DNA of 64,000 nt from a virus (taxonomy: Duplodnaviria; Caudoviricetes): positions 64,001 to 128,000 of the IMG/VR virus record IMGVR_UViG_3300024331_000152, one strand, 5' to 3'. Of the stretch, positions 47,708 to 58,243 are shown in pieces. The position numbers and the translations under genes are program-made. Within the stretch, counting starts at the first letter, position 1; each line of letters opens with the position of its first letter. Under the pieces are notes generated by a model. The model saw only the letters and a list, made by a program, of their open reading frames with translations, did not search any database and was not told the origin of the DNA.

Positions 47708-48215
47708 TGCGTTGACCCTCCAAGGTCTTTCCAGATCAGTAGAAGCTCAGGCGCGCCGCGTGAAGGCTCTGGTGTTGCGCCCATGATGGCGCTAGACGCG
47801 CCACGGATCGCGTATGCGACCCTTGTTGAATGTCATGCCGCAATTGCGACAGCGGAACCACTTGAGAAGCCCGAGAACCCCCATCAGGAGTCCCGGACCA
47901 GAACATACAGGGCACTTCGCCATCACTTCACCTCATTCAGCGCGTCAATGATGGCTTCAAGAATCTCCATCGCTTCGGCGCGCGTTAACGCTGTCTCCTC
48001 GGGATCACTGCCGCGTGTGCGCAATGTATTGAGGATGCGATACAGCGCTTCCATCACAGCACCTCTCTGTAATCGGCTGCTGAAAAGAAAGCGCGGATGC
48101 GAATCTCGCGGCGAATGGTGGGTTTGCGGAAGCGCCGGACAGCGCGGTCAATGCGGTTGTGTGCGTGATTAGTGTGTGCCATGTTTCAATCCCTCCAAGG
48201 ATTTGAAATGGGTGA

Positions 48216-48449
48216 TTACTGCGGTCTGTTGGGATGAGTCTTGCGTGATTCAGCGATGAGTTCAAACGCGCGCTTCGCAAGGAAATTGCCCTTATAGGCC
48301 ATCTCAGTGACGTAGGCCAGTGCGGCGTTATCATCTTCGAACGTGTCGGCTTCGTCCAGCTTCTGGATTTCCAGATATCCGGATTGAGCCACATCGGCGA
48401 GAATCCAACCCTCGCGCTGCGCCTGTTTGTTGTTGAAGAATTCAGCCAT
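48216..48449 (-). CDS. Small hypothetical protein
   Basis: AQREGW...IQKLDE...FEDDNAA motif. Confidence 0.6.
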   Translation of the reverse strand: MAEFFNNKQAQREGWILADVAQSGYLEIQKLDEADTFEDDNAALAYVTEMAYKGNFLAKRAFELIAESRKTHPNRPQ

Positions 48450-48574
48450 GGCTACTTCACCCCCTGTGTCAGATACGCATGAATCATGCTCTTGCGGGTT
48501 TCAACAGTCGCGTTAGACCACTGCGCGAACGATATGCGATTGGTTTTGCAAATCCACTGAATCATGCTGCTCCT

Positions 48575-49220
48575 ATGCGTTTTTAATGAGGTGAACCCCT
48601 CGTCTTTGGAACTGTGCGACTTTGGCAATAACGGGGCCGATAGTCGCGTATACCCGCCAGTCGATCACTCTAGTTTTACGACTCAGAGATTTACGGTCGT
48701 CGTGCTGGAAGTTAACTCCATTCGTCGGTCTAAACGACCTTGTAGGACACGCCACGTAGAGGCTGGAGTGTAATGTGTCCCGGGAGACGCTTTACAGCAG
48801 TCTCCTTCGTTCTCGTGCTCACGGCTATCTTGCTATCGACTCCGTGTGCCGCCACCTCATAAGGACTTTGGTATCGACTCAATACAGGTTTGGCGATGTG
48901 GAACGAATCACATCAGAAGGGCCTTTATCGGTTCCGCGATATAGCTTTTCAGCGCCTCTCGGCATTCATCGCTCGACTCTGTTTAGGGTGCCTTCATTTC
49001 AGGTTCCATGACTCTCAGGTACTTGCGTCAATCACCGTCGATTCAACTTCGAACCGCTTACAGGTGACCCGTCCACGTTTGCTGGAATCCGGTTACCGTC
49101 TTCACTGCAACTTCTGTTCGCCCGATGCTGCGCCCGGGCTGTGCGCCGTCTGAATCTTCAGAACCCTGATTGTCAAAGATCGTCGGGAACGCATCCCGTT
49201 TTGAATCTCTCTAAAACTTA
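48575..49220 (-). ncRNA. Candidate long structured leader or non-coding RNA
   Basis: ~640 nt without a credible ORF between a promoter and the first gene; several perfect 6-bp helices; boxA-like GATCTTTGACAA. Confidence 0.5.
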
Positions 49221-49228
49221 CTGTCACA

Positions 49229-49258
49229 ACCTTACTCGCACTCGCACCATGGTGTCAA
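49229..49258 (-). promoter_or_regulatory. Leftward promoter with CACCATGGTG operator overlapping the -35 and spacer
   Basis: TTGACA-N18-TAAGGT on the minus strand; near-identical elements at 37842-37871 and ~42240-42269. Confidence 0.6.
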
Positions 49259-49516
49259 CTAAAATCTGCGCCAATCAAATACCACGTTCGTGCAGTGTTC
49301 ATGCGGGGTTCAGCGTATATGCTGCGCTGCGAGTCGCATCAATATACAGGGGAATGCGATAATGATCCTGCACTGCCGAATTGGATTGACGCATGGTGGT
49401 GTTGCCGGGGGTTTGCTACCATCGCTTCCCGGCAGCGCGGCGAATGGGGCCTCGTGAATGCACGGGGACCGTGGATGCGAAGCAATGGTCAGACGTGACC
49501 ACCGTTCATCCACTCA

Positions 49517-49771
49517 ATGAAGGAGAAACGGGGCGGCATCGTCCGCCCCACTCCGCACATGGCAGATATCCAGAAACTGGACTCGGGGCACGATAGCGAC
49601 GGACCTTGTGGCGTCTGCGGCAGAATGTGCCCGGTATGGTTCGCACCCAACGAACTTTGGAACAGGGTGATGGACTCCCCGGGCTTGTTGTGCCCGAACT
49701 GCTTCATCGAGCGTGCTGAGGCTCAAGGCATCAGGCCGACAGCATGGGTACTCTCGGAAGAGAGTCTGTAA
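49517..49771 (+). CDS. Small Zn-finger hypothetical protein
   Basis: CGVCG...LWNRV...LLCPNCF. Confidence 0.6.
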   Translation: MKEKRGGIVRPTPHMADIQKLDSGHDSDGPCGVCGRMCPVWFAPNELWNRVMDSPGLLCPNCFIERAEAQGIRPTAWVLSEESL

Positions 49772-50694
49772 TGGCTGAGAGAGGCAAGTGCGTCAAGTGC
49801 GCCACGGTCCAGAAGCTGGACAAGAGGGGCAGAGTTCGCGCTCACATGCGATTCAGAATCCTCTACGGTCAGACCATGTGCGAGGGATCGAATCAGCCAC
49901 CCATCCAACTCACTCTACCGATCCCGCCGAAAACAGGCGCGTAAGTCCTTTAAAATACCCTATGTAGTATCTTAGAAGGGAAATCACAGCAATGCCCCGC
50001 CAAGGCGATTTCCACAGCCCCCAAGCTGGGGGTAGGTGCCAAAACTGACCCCGACGCAGCCTACCCACACCACGGTGCGAGCAATCGCTATATACTTCCG
50101 AGTTAACATCACTACCTATGAGACCTTTAAATTCAACACATTACACACAAACACTACACGTCAAAATGTGTTTATTAGTTAGTACAATTCGACGTTTCTT
50201 CGCCTCGACTTTGGCAATCGAATTGCTACACCACGGTGTGAGTCCAGACTCTGGACAGAGTGACGTACGTCACAGGTCATGCATCGGTTTCGTGGCACAT
50301 TGGCGGAATGATTTTCATTCGCATTTTTACCTTGGTTGGAGTGTCTGAGCTAATGATCTTTGGGGCGGCGGCGATGGCGTATTTCGTGCTGTGCGCAGCG
50401 CCGAAAGTGGAGAGCTATGATCCTGATCGTTCTCGTGCTGATTCTGGTCGTGGTGTCGGCAGTTGCAAACCTGATTGGTAACCGCCGACATTGAGTCCAG
50501 AATCTGGAATAACTGCGCTATGATTCCGACATGCCGTTACCTTTCGAATCTCGTGCGGAACTCCGGCGCATCTTCCCTGACGCGTACTGTGCGGTGCGAT
50601 TCGGGATCAACCCGAATGACGATAGATTCCGGGTATGGATTCCGCAGCTAAAACGATACGTTGGCCGTTGTTGGTTTGCATTCTCTGATGATGC

Positions 50695-51171
50695 ATGGAT
50701 CGATGCAGCCGGGGAGGTGACGTGCCGCGCGTTCGTGACTGTATGATCTTGGCCGGACTTCTGATCCTGTGCGGATGCGGCGGACCTCGCGGCATGGTTG
50801 AGGGAACGATCTCTCAGGTGAGTACCTTGCGCTGCACGCCGGAGCACGGCTGGCAGGATGTAACGTGGAAGGTCTGGCAGCTAAAGTCTGAAGGCTGGAT
50901 GAATCCCGACTCACCTATGGTTGATATCCCCGAGACTGAGACGGCGAAACCATGGGAAGACGGCGAGAACCTCGGATGCAATGAGGACCTTGTTTTTGGT
51001 CCCCGTCCTGATCGCTGGGATACGTTATGCGACGACGGCGCGTGCACCGATTACTATGCTCAAGACCTCGGGGATCGCTGGGAGCATCTATGCGGCAACG
51101 ATGACGGCGACAATGAAACCTGTGATTATCGGGACCTCGGCGGATCGGGCACGCTCTACATCACCGACTGA
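50695..51171 (+). CDS. Putative lipoprotein, Cys/Asp-rich (start likely 50743)
   Basis: MILAGLLILCGC lipobox-like segment. Confidence 0.55.
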   Translation: MDRCSRGGDVPRVRDCMILAGLLILCGCGGPRGMVEGTISQVSTLRCTPEHGWQDVTWKVWQLKSEGWMNPDSPMVDIPETETAKPWEDGENLGCNEDLVFGPRPDRWDTLCDDGACTDYYAQDLGDRWEHLCGNDDGDNETCDYRDLGGSGTLYITD

Positions 51172-51180
51172 AAGGACACC

Positions 51181-51822
51181 ATGAATCGTCGTTTCTTCCT
51201 CTCTCTCATGCCTGCGGCTCTCGCCGGTATCTTGGCGCGCAAACCTCAACCAATCCACCATCACCCAACAGACGCCATCGGTTTCGATCCAGATGAAGTG
51301 GCGCGCCTCGGTCGCGTATATGCGGAGCGGATCAACCGGGCACGCTTCGGCAAATATGCTCACATCGGGCCGGACGTTGCACTCATGGATAGCACGCCGA
51401 TAGATGGCTGGATTCGCCCAACGAAGGGTACGCGGATCGACATCGCTATGCGTAACGTCAGTGCAGCGCTTGAGGATCATCACGGCAAAGCGTACGCCCA
51501 CGGCTATGGCTTCGCCCGGGGCGGCGACAGGTGCTACATCTCTGCTACTGAGGGGAATCGAATCTGGCTTCTCGGCAAAGGTCCATCTTGGACTCATGCC
51601 GTCAGTCAAGCTCTCAACGGGCACATGGACGAAGCTGAGCATCTGAGGCTGATGTACGCCAAGCTCAGCGAGCATAACGCGGCAGTGCGGAACCTTGCGG
51701 TCTGCTCTCACTCCCACGTCACCACATATCCCAACTTTGCCAGTGCACTTGCCGTCGTCACAGGCGTGCCCACTAAACCATACGTTCGCATCTGTGCCGA
51801 CTGCGGAAAGAACCTCATATGA
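51181..51822 (+). CDS. Hypothetical protein with twin-Arg-like N-terminus
   Basis: MNRRFFLSLMPAALAG; the next ORF 51819 begins similarly (MIRRSFLKLLPAALVG). Confidence 0.6.
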   Translation: MNRRFFLSLMPAALAGILARKPQPIHHHPTDAIGFDPDEVARLGRVYAERINRARFGKYAHIGPDVALMDSTPIDGWIRPTKGTRIDIAMRNVSAALEDHHGKAYAHGYGFARGGDRCYISATEGNRIWLLGKGPSWTHAVSQALNGHMDEAEHLRLMYAKLSEHNAAVRNLAVCSHSHVTTYPNFASALAVVTGVPTKPYVRICADCGKNLI

Positions 51823-53372
51823 TCAGACGTTCATTCTTGAAACTACTCCCCGCTGCGCTGGTCGGTATCATCGCGAGACCTCGCGTCCAGATTCAGGACT
51901 CTGTCTCTTTCACAGTCTCCGACTGGGAATGGACACCACTTCCGCCCGGGCTTGATATCGACCCCATCGCATTCCAATGGGCGAAGTACCTCAAAGAGCA
52001 CGCGGAGCGCCAGTGCGGAGCGCGCGACCTCGTATGATTCCCCACTGGATCATCGCAATCCCACTTCTCGCCCTCGGCTGCGCCGCAATCTACGCAGCCT
52101 TCTGGTATCTCGATCATCGCGACGCAAAACGGCTCAGAAGGCGGGACAAATGAAAACCTTCCTGCAAATGACCGAAGAACGGGAATGCTCTTGCCTTACA
52201 TGCACCTCGTGCGGCAAACGCGTTTCCGTCCTCGTCACCTCAGAGCACATCTGCAACGACTGCTTCGAAAAGCGCGACGCCATCTTGCGCCAGATCGAAA
52301 GCTTCGACTCTCAAACTCGGATGGTTCAATGACTCTCACCCCTGCCGACCATCGCCACCGCGCCGATCAACTCCGTAATGCCGCTGCTCTCGTCTATTCC
52401 CCTCGCGCCTTCAACGCCATCATGCGCGCCATCCAAGACGAACAAGCCAGCACGGACATCCCGGACCTCGTCACCCCTTGGGGCACTCGCTACCGCGCGG
52501 ACCTCGCCATCCAAGCTCACGCCTCAGGATTCGCCGTTGATCCCAATGGACGCATCGACTGGTCTAAAACTCGCAGGTAACTCCACAATCCCCAACGTCA
52601 ACATCACATGATGACCTCGACACAACCACACCACCTGCAACGGCTTCCCATAATCCCCATGGTGCGTATGACGTGGCACACGACGTGGAACACTGAATGC
52701 CGAAGCTAATTGCAACCATCATCCAAGCCGCCGCTCTCCTGATCGCTATGCTCATCGCAACCTACGTGCTGGTCTACCTCTTCTGAATGAATGACGACGC
52801 CGCAATCTACATCGCAGCCCTCATCGTGCTCGTGCTCGCCCTCATCGCGTTCGCAATCGCCAACCTCAGGCATGAGTGACCACCCCTGCCAAACTGCCAG
52901 ACATTGCAGCAGATTGCAGGACATTGCCATACGTCACACCATGGTGAGCAATGAGTCTCAAACCCGATTTAACTCATGGCGAATTCTTTTAAGCGCTATC
53001 AGCGAATCAGAGCGCAGCGTACAGCGTAGCGCAGGCGCACGGCGTGGCCCTGTGCTGCTCGCGCTGCCAGTTGGCTGGTAGTTTGTCCTGTCAGATAGCC
53101 GTTGACGCCCGTGTGACGCCCGTTCTGTAGATTCAGCGTCGCCTTATGCGCAAGCCCGGTGCCTCAGCGGCTCTCTGGCTGGCTGGCTGGCCTCAGGACC
53201 CAGTTCTCGGCCTTCCCGAGTTGTCCGGGATTCGGGGTAGCACAGAGTCACTGACGCCTTTGACCCCCACCCTTTCTCCCACAAAATTCTTTCCTAGCGC
53301 AGAGTTTGAGTTGGTCAGAAAAAATTCCGGGAGATTTGGGCTTAAGTAGAAGTGAGCGCAGAGTTTCCCACA

Positions 53373-53401
53373 TTGACGCTTATTATTATTACTACTATTA
53401 T
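53373..53401 (+). promoter_or_regulatory. Sigma70 promoter with leaderless ATG at 53409
   Basis: TTGACG-N17-TATTAT. Confidence 0.65.
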
Positions 53402-53408
53402 TTCTCGC

Positions 53409-53762
53409 ATGACTTGTAATTGTTCGAAGTGTGGGGCGCGGTGGGAGTCGCGGGTTGCGAATCCGATTCAGTGTCCTCGGTGTAAGCGTGTGGACTGGAG
53501 GAAGGTGGATGAGGCTAAACCTGATGTATTTTCAGGGGGCGGCGGTCGGGTTACAACTGACAGCAGAAAACGAAGCAGAAGAAAACCTGCTGGTATGTCT
53601 GGAGGGCCGGAAGGCGGAGCTAAGCCGGAACCATCGGTCAGACAAGGAAGTCGGACTGTTCCTGTGTCCTCGGTTGCCGTGACGGAACACAGCTCCGGGG
53701 TGTGTCCTCACGGATACCAAAACTGGCTCGTATGTCGAAACGCGGGAGGAGGCTGCGAATGA
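53409..53762 (+). CDS. Zn-ribbon protein (leaderless)
   Basis: CSKCGARW...PIQCPRCKRVDW. Confidence 0.6.
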   Translation: MTCNCSKCGARWESRVANPIQCPRCKRVDWRKVDEAKPDVFSGGGGRVTTDSRKRSRRKPAGMSGGPEGGAKPEPSVRQGSRTVPVSSVAVTEHSSGVCPHGYQNWLVCRNAGGGCE

Positions 53763-54157
53763 CAAGCAAGACGGGCGATAAAACTGCGCTGGTGGAAAAA
53801 AATCGCGGGAGTTCCGGGGACGCGCAAGGTCCGGAGCGTCGCGCTGGCAAGAGCCCGCTCAAGGTTGGGAAGGGGGAAACGCTGCCTGAGGTTCTCAAGC
53901 TCAAGGCCCGCGCGACCGGGTTTTCTGCCGTGCCGCCGTACGAGGTTCAGACGATTCCCGCCGAGGGGGTTGGGAAGGATGGGGTCATCTGGATGGATGG
54001 CGCTCCCTGTCCGCACCCCGGATGTCTGTCGCACGTCACGCATCCATGTGAGGGCTGTGGCCGGATTGGGGGCCGGTATCCGGCTGACGTTCCCATGATG
54101 CTCAGCGACCGGCTGGATCAGCTTAAAGCGGGACAAGAGCGCCGGTCTGGCGGCATC

Positions 54158-55164
54158 AGGGCAACACAGAGGAGCAACAGGATGGCGGGTTTATTGCAGC
54201 AATTCCAAGTCTCATCGGACACCGGTGAGCAGCTTCAGGCGGCAATCAGCATAGTTCTGCCGTGGAATCGAAGTGGAGCTAAGGGATTCCGCGTTGGAGA
54301 AACCGACAAGGGTTTCGCGTGGATAGAGTTTGCGCACAAGACTGATGGCGACTTCTCGCCGCTGCCTTATCCCCTAGACACGCTTCCGAAGCTATTCACG
54401 TTCGTGCGTGATTGGTTGAGCAGCGCCAAACGCGGCCAAAAGTTCGACACAGATGGATCGGTAACCGAAGGCTGGATAGTGACTCAGCCTGACATGCACA
54501 ACTGTTGGGAGCCTTCGTTCCTGCGTGTGCAAACGACTTGGATCATTTACGGCAAGTAGGGGCAACACAGAGGAGGAATCACATGGAAGCCTACATCGAG
54601 TTCAAAGGCCGCTTGTATCCAGCATGGGACTGGTTTGAATCAAGCATCGACGCCCAACCCTACACCTTTGCTTACCCAGACGATCCGAGGGTGGTCGAGT
54701 ATCCGAAGAGGGGATGTTGAGCATGGCAAAACTGTTGGTTATTCAGTCGAAAGCTGAATGTCCTAAGTGCTCTCAGAAAAGCTGGGTGGACACTTGCCCC
54801 GATGATCCCGCGAGAGACTTTATGTGGCGCTGCGAGCACTGCGGATTTATGGCAAGGAGCAACGTTTGGGCGATGGAGATCGCTGCCCAACAAACCACGC
54901 AGGAGCAGGGGTAACACAGAGGAGCCGCATGATGGCAACGCGCTGGCCAGAAGTTGACGGGGAGATTGTGACCACGTTCAAGAAGCACGCTATTTGTGTT
55001 GAGCGCAAGCGCGATCACGAAAACTGGTTACATCACTGTCACTGCTCCGAACGGCTGCTATGCCTATGACGGCTACTGGCGTGATTCTGAGCACACGACG
55101 GCTGGCGAGGCCATTGAGGAAGCGAAACGCGGGGCAATGTTGAAGTAGGGGTAACACAGAGGAG
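54158..55164 (+). repeat. Dispersed gene-junction repeat GGGYAACACAGAGGAG (4 copies)
   Basis: Copies at ~54158, 54557, 54907, 55146, each just before an ATG. Confidence 0.8.
54181..54559 (+). CDS. Hypothetical protein
   Basis: ATG after the junction repeat; 3' part of ORF 53702..54559. Confidence 0.6.
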
Positions 55165-55171
55165 AGCGGAG

Positions 55172-55558
55172 ATGGCAAGCGACGAGGAGTTTGTTCGGGA
55201 GCATTGGGAGCGAGTACACACGGGAGCGGCGGCTCTGCACTTATCTGATTACTGCGCGAGTATTGTGGTGAATGCCGAGGAGTTTCCAGATTGGTCCGCA
55301 GCCGCAGCCTTCACCCGCGAACGGCTTGAGCAGATCCGGCAGGTTGAGGAAGAATGCGGGTTGCTTGAATCGCTAGCTCCCGTGATCCATCGTGACGATT
55401 TGCATATGTGGGCTGGAATTGATGCTGACCCAGATGACGCCACGATTGACGACTGCGAGACCATTGCCATAGATAACTCTAAGTTTCAGTGCAGGGTTCA
55501 GCGCATTCTCGCCCGTGAACAAGCAATTCTCGCAGAACTAAAACGCGGCATGAAATAG
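55172..55558 (+). CDS. Hypothetical protein
   Basis: ATG after the junction repeat. Confidence 0.65.
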   Translation: MASDEEFVREHWERVHTGAAALHLSDYCASIVVNAEEFPDWSAAAAFTRERLEQIRQVEEECGLLESLAPVIHRDDLHMWAGIDADPDDATIDDCETIAIDNSKFQCRVQRILAREQAILAELKRGMK

Positions 55559-55567
55559 GGGGCACAA

Positions 55568-55840
55568 ATGGGCGTCGAGAGACAGATACCGGATTACCTG
55601 AATCCAGCTTTTGATATTTACGACCGCTACAAGTTTGCACAGCAGCGCATCGCCGACCACGCCGCAGAGGTGGCACAGAAGGATGGAATTCTCCGCGAGA
55701 TTCTGCTGTTCGCAATCCACGGCTGTGGCACAAAGCAGAAGGACGCACGAGGCAAGCAGTTTGCAGCCATTGTTGATCTGTGCTCAAAAGCGGGAATCAC
55801 GCCAGACCAGCAATTGCAGCCCAAGGGAGAACAGGGATGA
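55568..55840 (+). CDS. Hypothetical protein
   Basis: Packed ORF. Confidence 0.55.
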   Translation: MGVERQIPDYLNPAFDIYDRYKFAQQRIADHAAEVAQKDGILREILLFAIHGCGTKQKDARGKQFAAIVDLCSKAGITPDQQLQPKGEQG

Positions 55841-56039
55841 ATTATTTTCAGCACAAGTCATTCACATTGCGAGTAGGACGTTGGACCGAGAATAACCGCC
55901 TACTGTCTTTCATGGGCAGCGATGGCCTCAATCAGCCGTCGAAGGGATATTGGCATAAAGTGTGGTGGTTTGGACCTTTGTTCTTTTCGGTCAAGCATGA
56001 CGAGGAGCGAGCCGAGAGGTCCACGCAGGGAGAACAAGG

Positions 56040-56228
56040 ATGAACGAGTTGAAGCCATGTCGAGCGTGCACATTTAGACTAGAGATATTGGCATTGGCGG
56101 ATTCTGATCAGCGCATCTACGGCTACAAAGTCAGGTGTTGCGGTTACTCTACGGCTCTGATGCGGCATAGAAAAGATGCCATCGCAGCATGGAACACGCG
56201 CCAGACGCAGGGAGGTGAGAGCAAGTGA
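56040..56228 (+). CDS. Lar-like (restriction alleviation family) Zn-binding protein
   Basis: MNELKPCRAC...AIAAWNTR pattern. Confidence 0.55.
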   Translation: MNELKPCRACTFRLEILALADSDQRIYGYKVRCCGYSTALMRHRKDAIAAWNTRQTQGGESK

Positions 56229-57055
56229 CAGCAGAGGAAAAGGTGAAAGAGAAGTATCCCAAGGCAAGCGCGAAGCACTGGGGAGGTTGGCGAGAGATGG
56301 AAGAAGGCTGGACTTTGTGGACTGGAGAATAACGGAACGACGTGGCCATAGGGGGCGGCGACACTGAATCCGAAGCATGGGAAGACGCTGCTAAAAGGAT
56401 CGGGGGAGGGGAGAGATGAGCCAGATACCAGAAGAACGAATGACTGACGCCGAATTAGATGCAGAGTTACGCTCTTTCAGCATCGACCCAGAAGAGTTGC
56501 GCAAGAGTATGTTGGAGCGAAAGTGGACCCGCTGCTAGTCGGTGCAAGGACTCTCGGCACCATCACTTACTCGCCTAAAACTGGAGAAGCCACTTACGAG
56601 AGGGCCACACAGCCATCCCCACAGGAGTCCCATGCCAGATAAGATTACTGGAGCCCTCGAAGTAGGCTGCACGCCAGACATGCGCGAGGTTATCGTCAAC
56701 CATCCTGATCTTCAGCCAGATGAGAACGGGGTTGGCCACATCGTGTTTTCTCCAAATCAGGCGCGCAACCTTGCAAAACTTCTTATCAAAAAAGCAGACG
56801 ATTGCGATGCGGCAACAAAGAAGAAGCGAAAAGCCGAAGGAAAAACCGACGAACAGATCGTCAAAGCGAAGTACCCGAACGCTTACTGCGCGCCGTATCC
56901 AGAATCTTGGCCGCTTGTTCCCGAGCTGAAATTTTGTATCAAGTACAACGACTGGATGGGTCTTTCGAGCTGGAAGGCTACAAAAGAAGAAGCGTGGGCC
57001 GACGCACGGCAACGAATTGAGGAGACAGAATCATGTGGGTAGCATTTAGAATTCC

Positions 57056-57559
57056 ATGGCCGGTCGTCTGGTTGATCGTCGGTATCGTTGTAGCAGCAGT
57101 GCTTGTGATCTGGAGAAAGTCGCGATGAGTGAGAACAGGAAATATGTGGTGCCGGAGGGGATGCTGACGGCGGCAGATCAGGAAATTCGAGTTTGTAGTT
57201 CCATCCCTTCCACCATTTCGGATCGTCAGATGGCAATCATTCAGAAGATTACTATAGAAGCCGCTCTCCGCTGGCTCTCTAAGAATCCGATTGTGCCGAC
57301 ACCTGAGCAGAACAAAGCTATGTCGGAGCTGGCTAGATCGGTAAGCATTCAGTACGGCACCAACGCAATCACCGACGCTTCCACGGCCACCATTATCGTT
57401 GAATGGCAACGCCGCATGTTCGCCGCCCCAGAGCCGGAGATACCGCCTCAGATTGAGGATTTGATGCTCGACCCGAAACGCTACTCGGTGGGGCTTGAGA
57501 AGTTCAATGCCGCAGTTCTCGAAGCCTTCAACAGGGGCAGACGAGTGAGGGAGAAATGA
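57056..57559 (+). CDS. Hypothetical protein (start likely ~57125)
   Basis: Packed ORF. Confidence 0.6.
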   Translation: MAGRLVDRRYRCSSSACDLEKVAMSENRKYVVPEGMLTAADQEIRVCSSIPSTISDRQMAIIQKITIEAALRWLSKNPIVPTPEQNKAMSELARSVSIQYGTNAITDASTATIIVEWQRRMFAAPEPEIPPQIEDLMLDPKRYSVGLEKFNAAVLEAFNRGRRVREK

Positions 57560-57904
57560 GCCCAATCAAGCACGATTTAGACATCATCGCCTTCATGCTG
57601 GTATTCGCTTGTGGAATATGCCTCGGAGCCGCGATAGGAATAATGATCGAAGATTTTCTGCGCACATGGACGAGCAAGTCTCTCGCTCCTTGGATTATCC
57701 AGAAGATGTTCCGGGGCAGACGACTTGGGAAGGGGGATTGATGGCGGCAAGAGAATATAAAGTCGAGAAGATTGAGCAGCAGGGATTCAGCTTCGCGAAG
57801 GACTGGGGGAAGCAGGTTCAGGCGCTTGAGGTCGATGGCTGGCGTGTGATGAATTTGCAGCAGGCTCCTAGGAGTTTTGAGATTTTGGTTTGGATGGTGA
57901 GGCC

Positions 57905-58243
57905 ATGAAACTCGCTCTGGCAGTTCTGGGGATGGCGGTGATGATGAGTGGGTGCAGAGCAGGCCCTCATGCTCATACTGGAACCGTTCGGGTAGAGGTT
58001 AGCGCTAATCGAACCGATTGGTATCTTCACGCCCCTCGCGATCAGAGGGTCTTCAAAGATGGCGATGATGAGGGGACCCAAACCTCTTCCAATATGTGCG
58101 GCTACGTCTTCAAAAATAATATCGATGAAGGATTAGAGAATTCATGGATAGCTGCGGTGTATGGATATGGCGGCAAGGGGCCTCTTCTCTATCACACGCG
58201 AGAGGCAGCAAATGATTACGTAGAAAGTTGGTGCAAGCCATGA
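57905..58243 (+). CDS. Putative lipoprotein
   Basis: MKLALAVLGMAVMMSGC; ends WCKP. Confidence 0.65.
   Translation: MKLALAVLGMAVMMSGCRAGPHAHTGTVRVEVSANRTDWYLHAPRDQRVFKDGDDEGTQTSSNMCGYVFKNNIDEGLENSWIAAVYGYGGKGPLLYHTREAANDYVESWCKP

Noticed and set aside
53165-53192. GGCT run as another pentamer tract
   Set aside because: Period is 4 nt, invariant and very short
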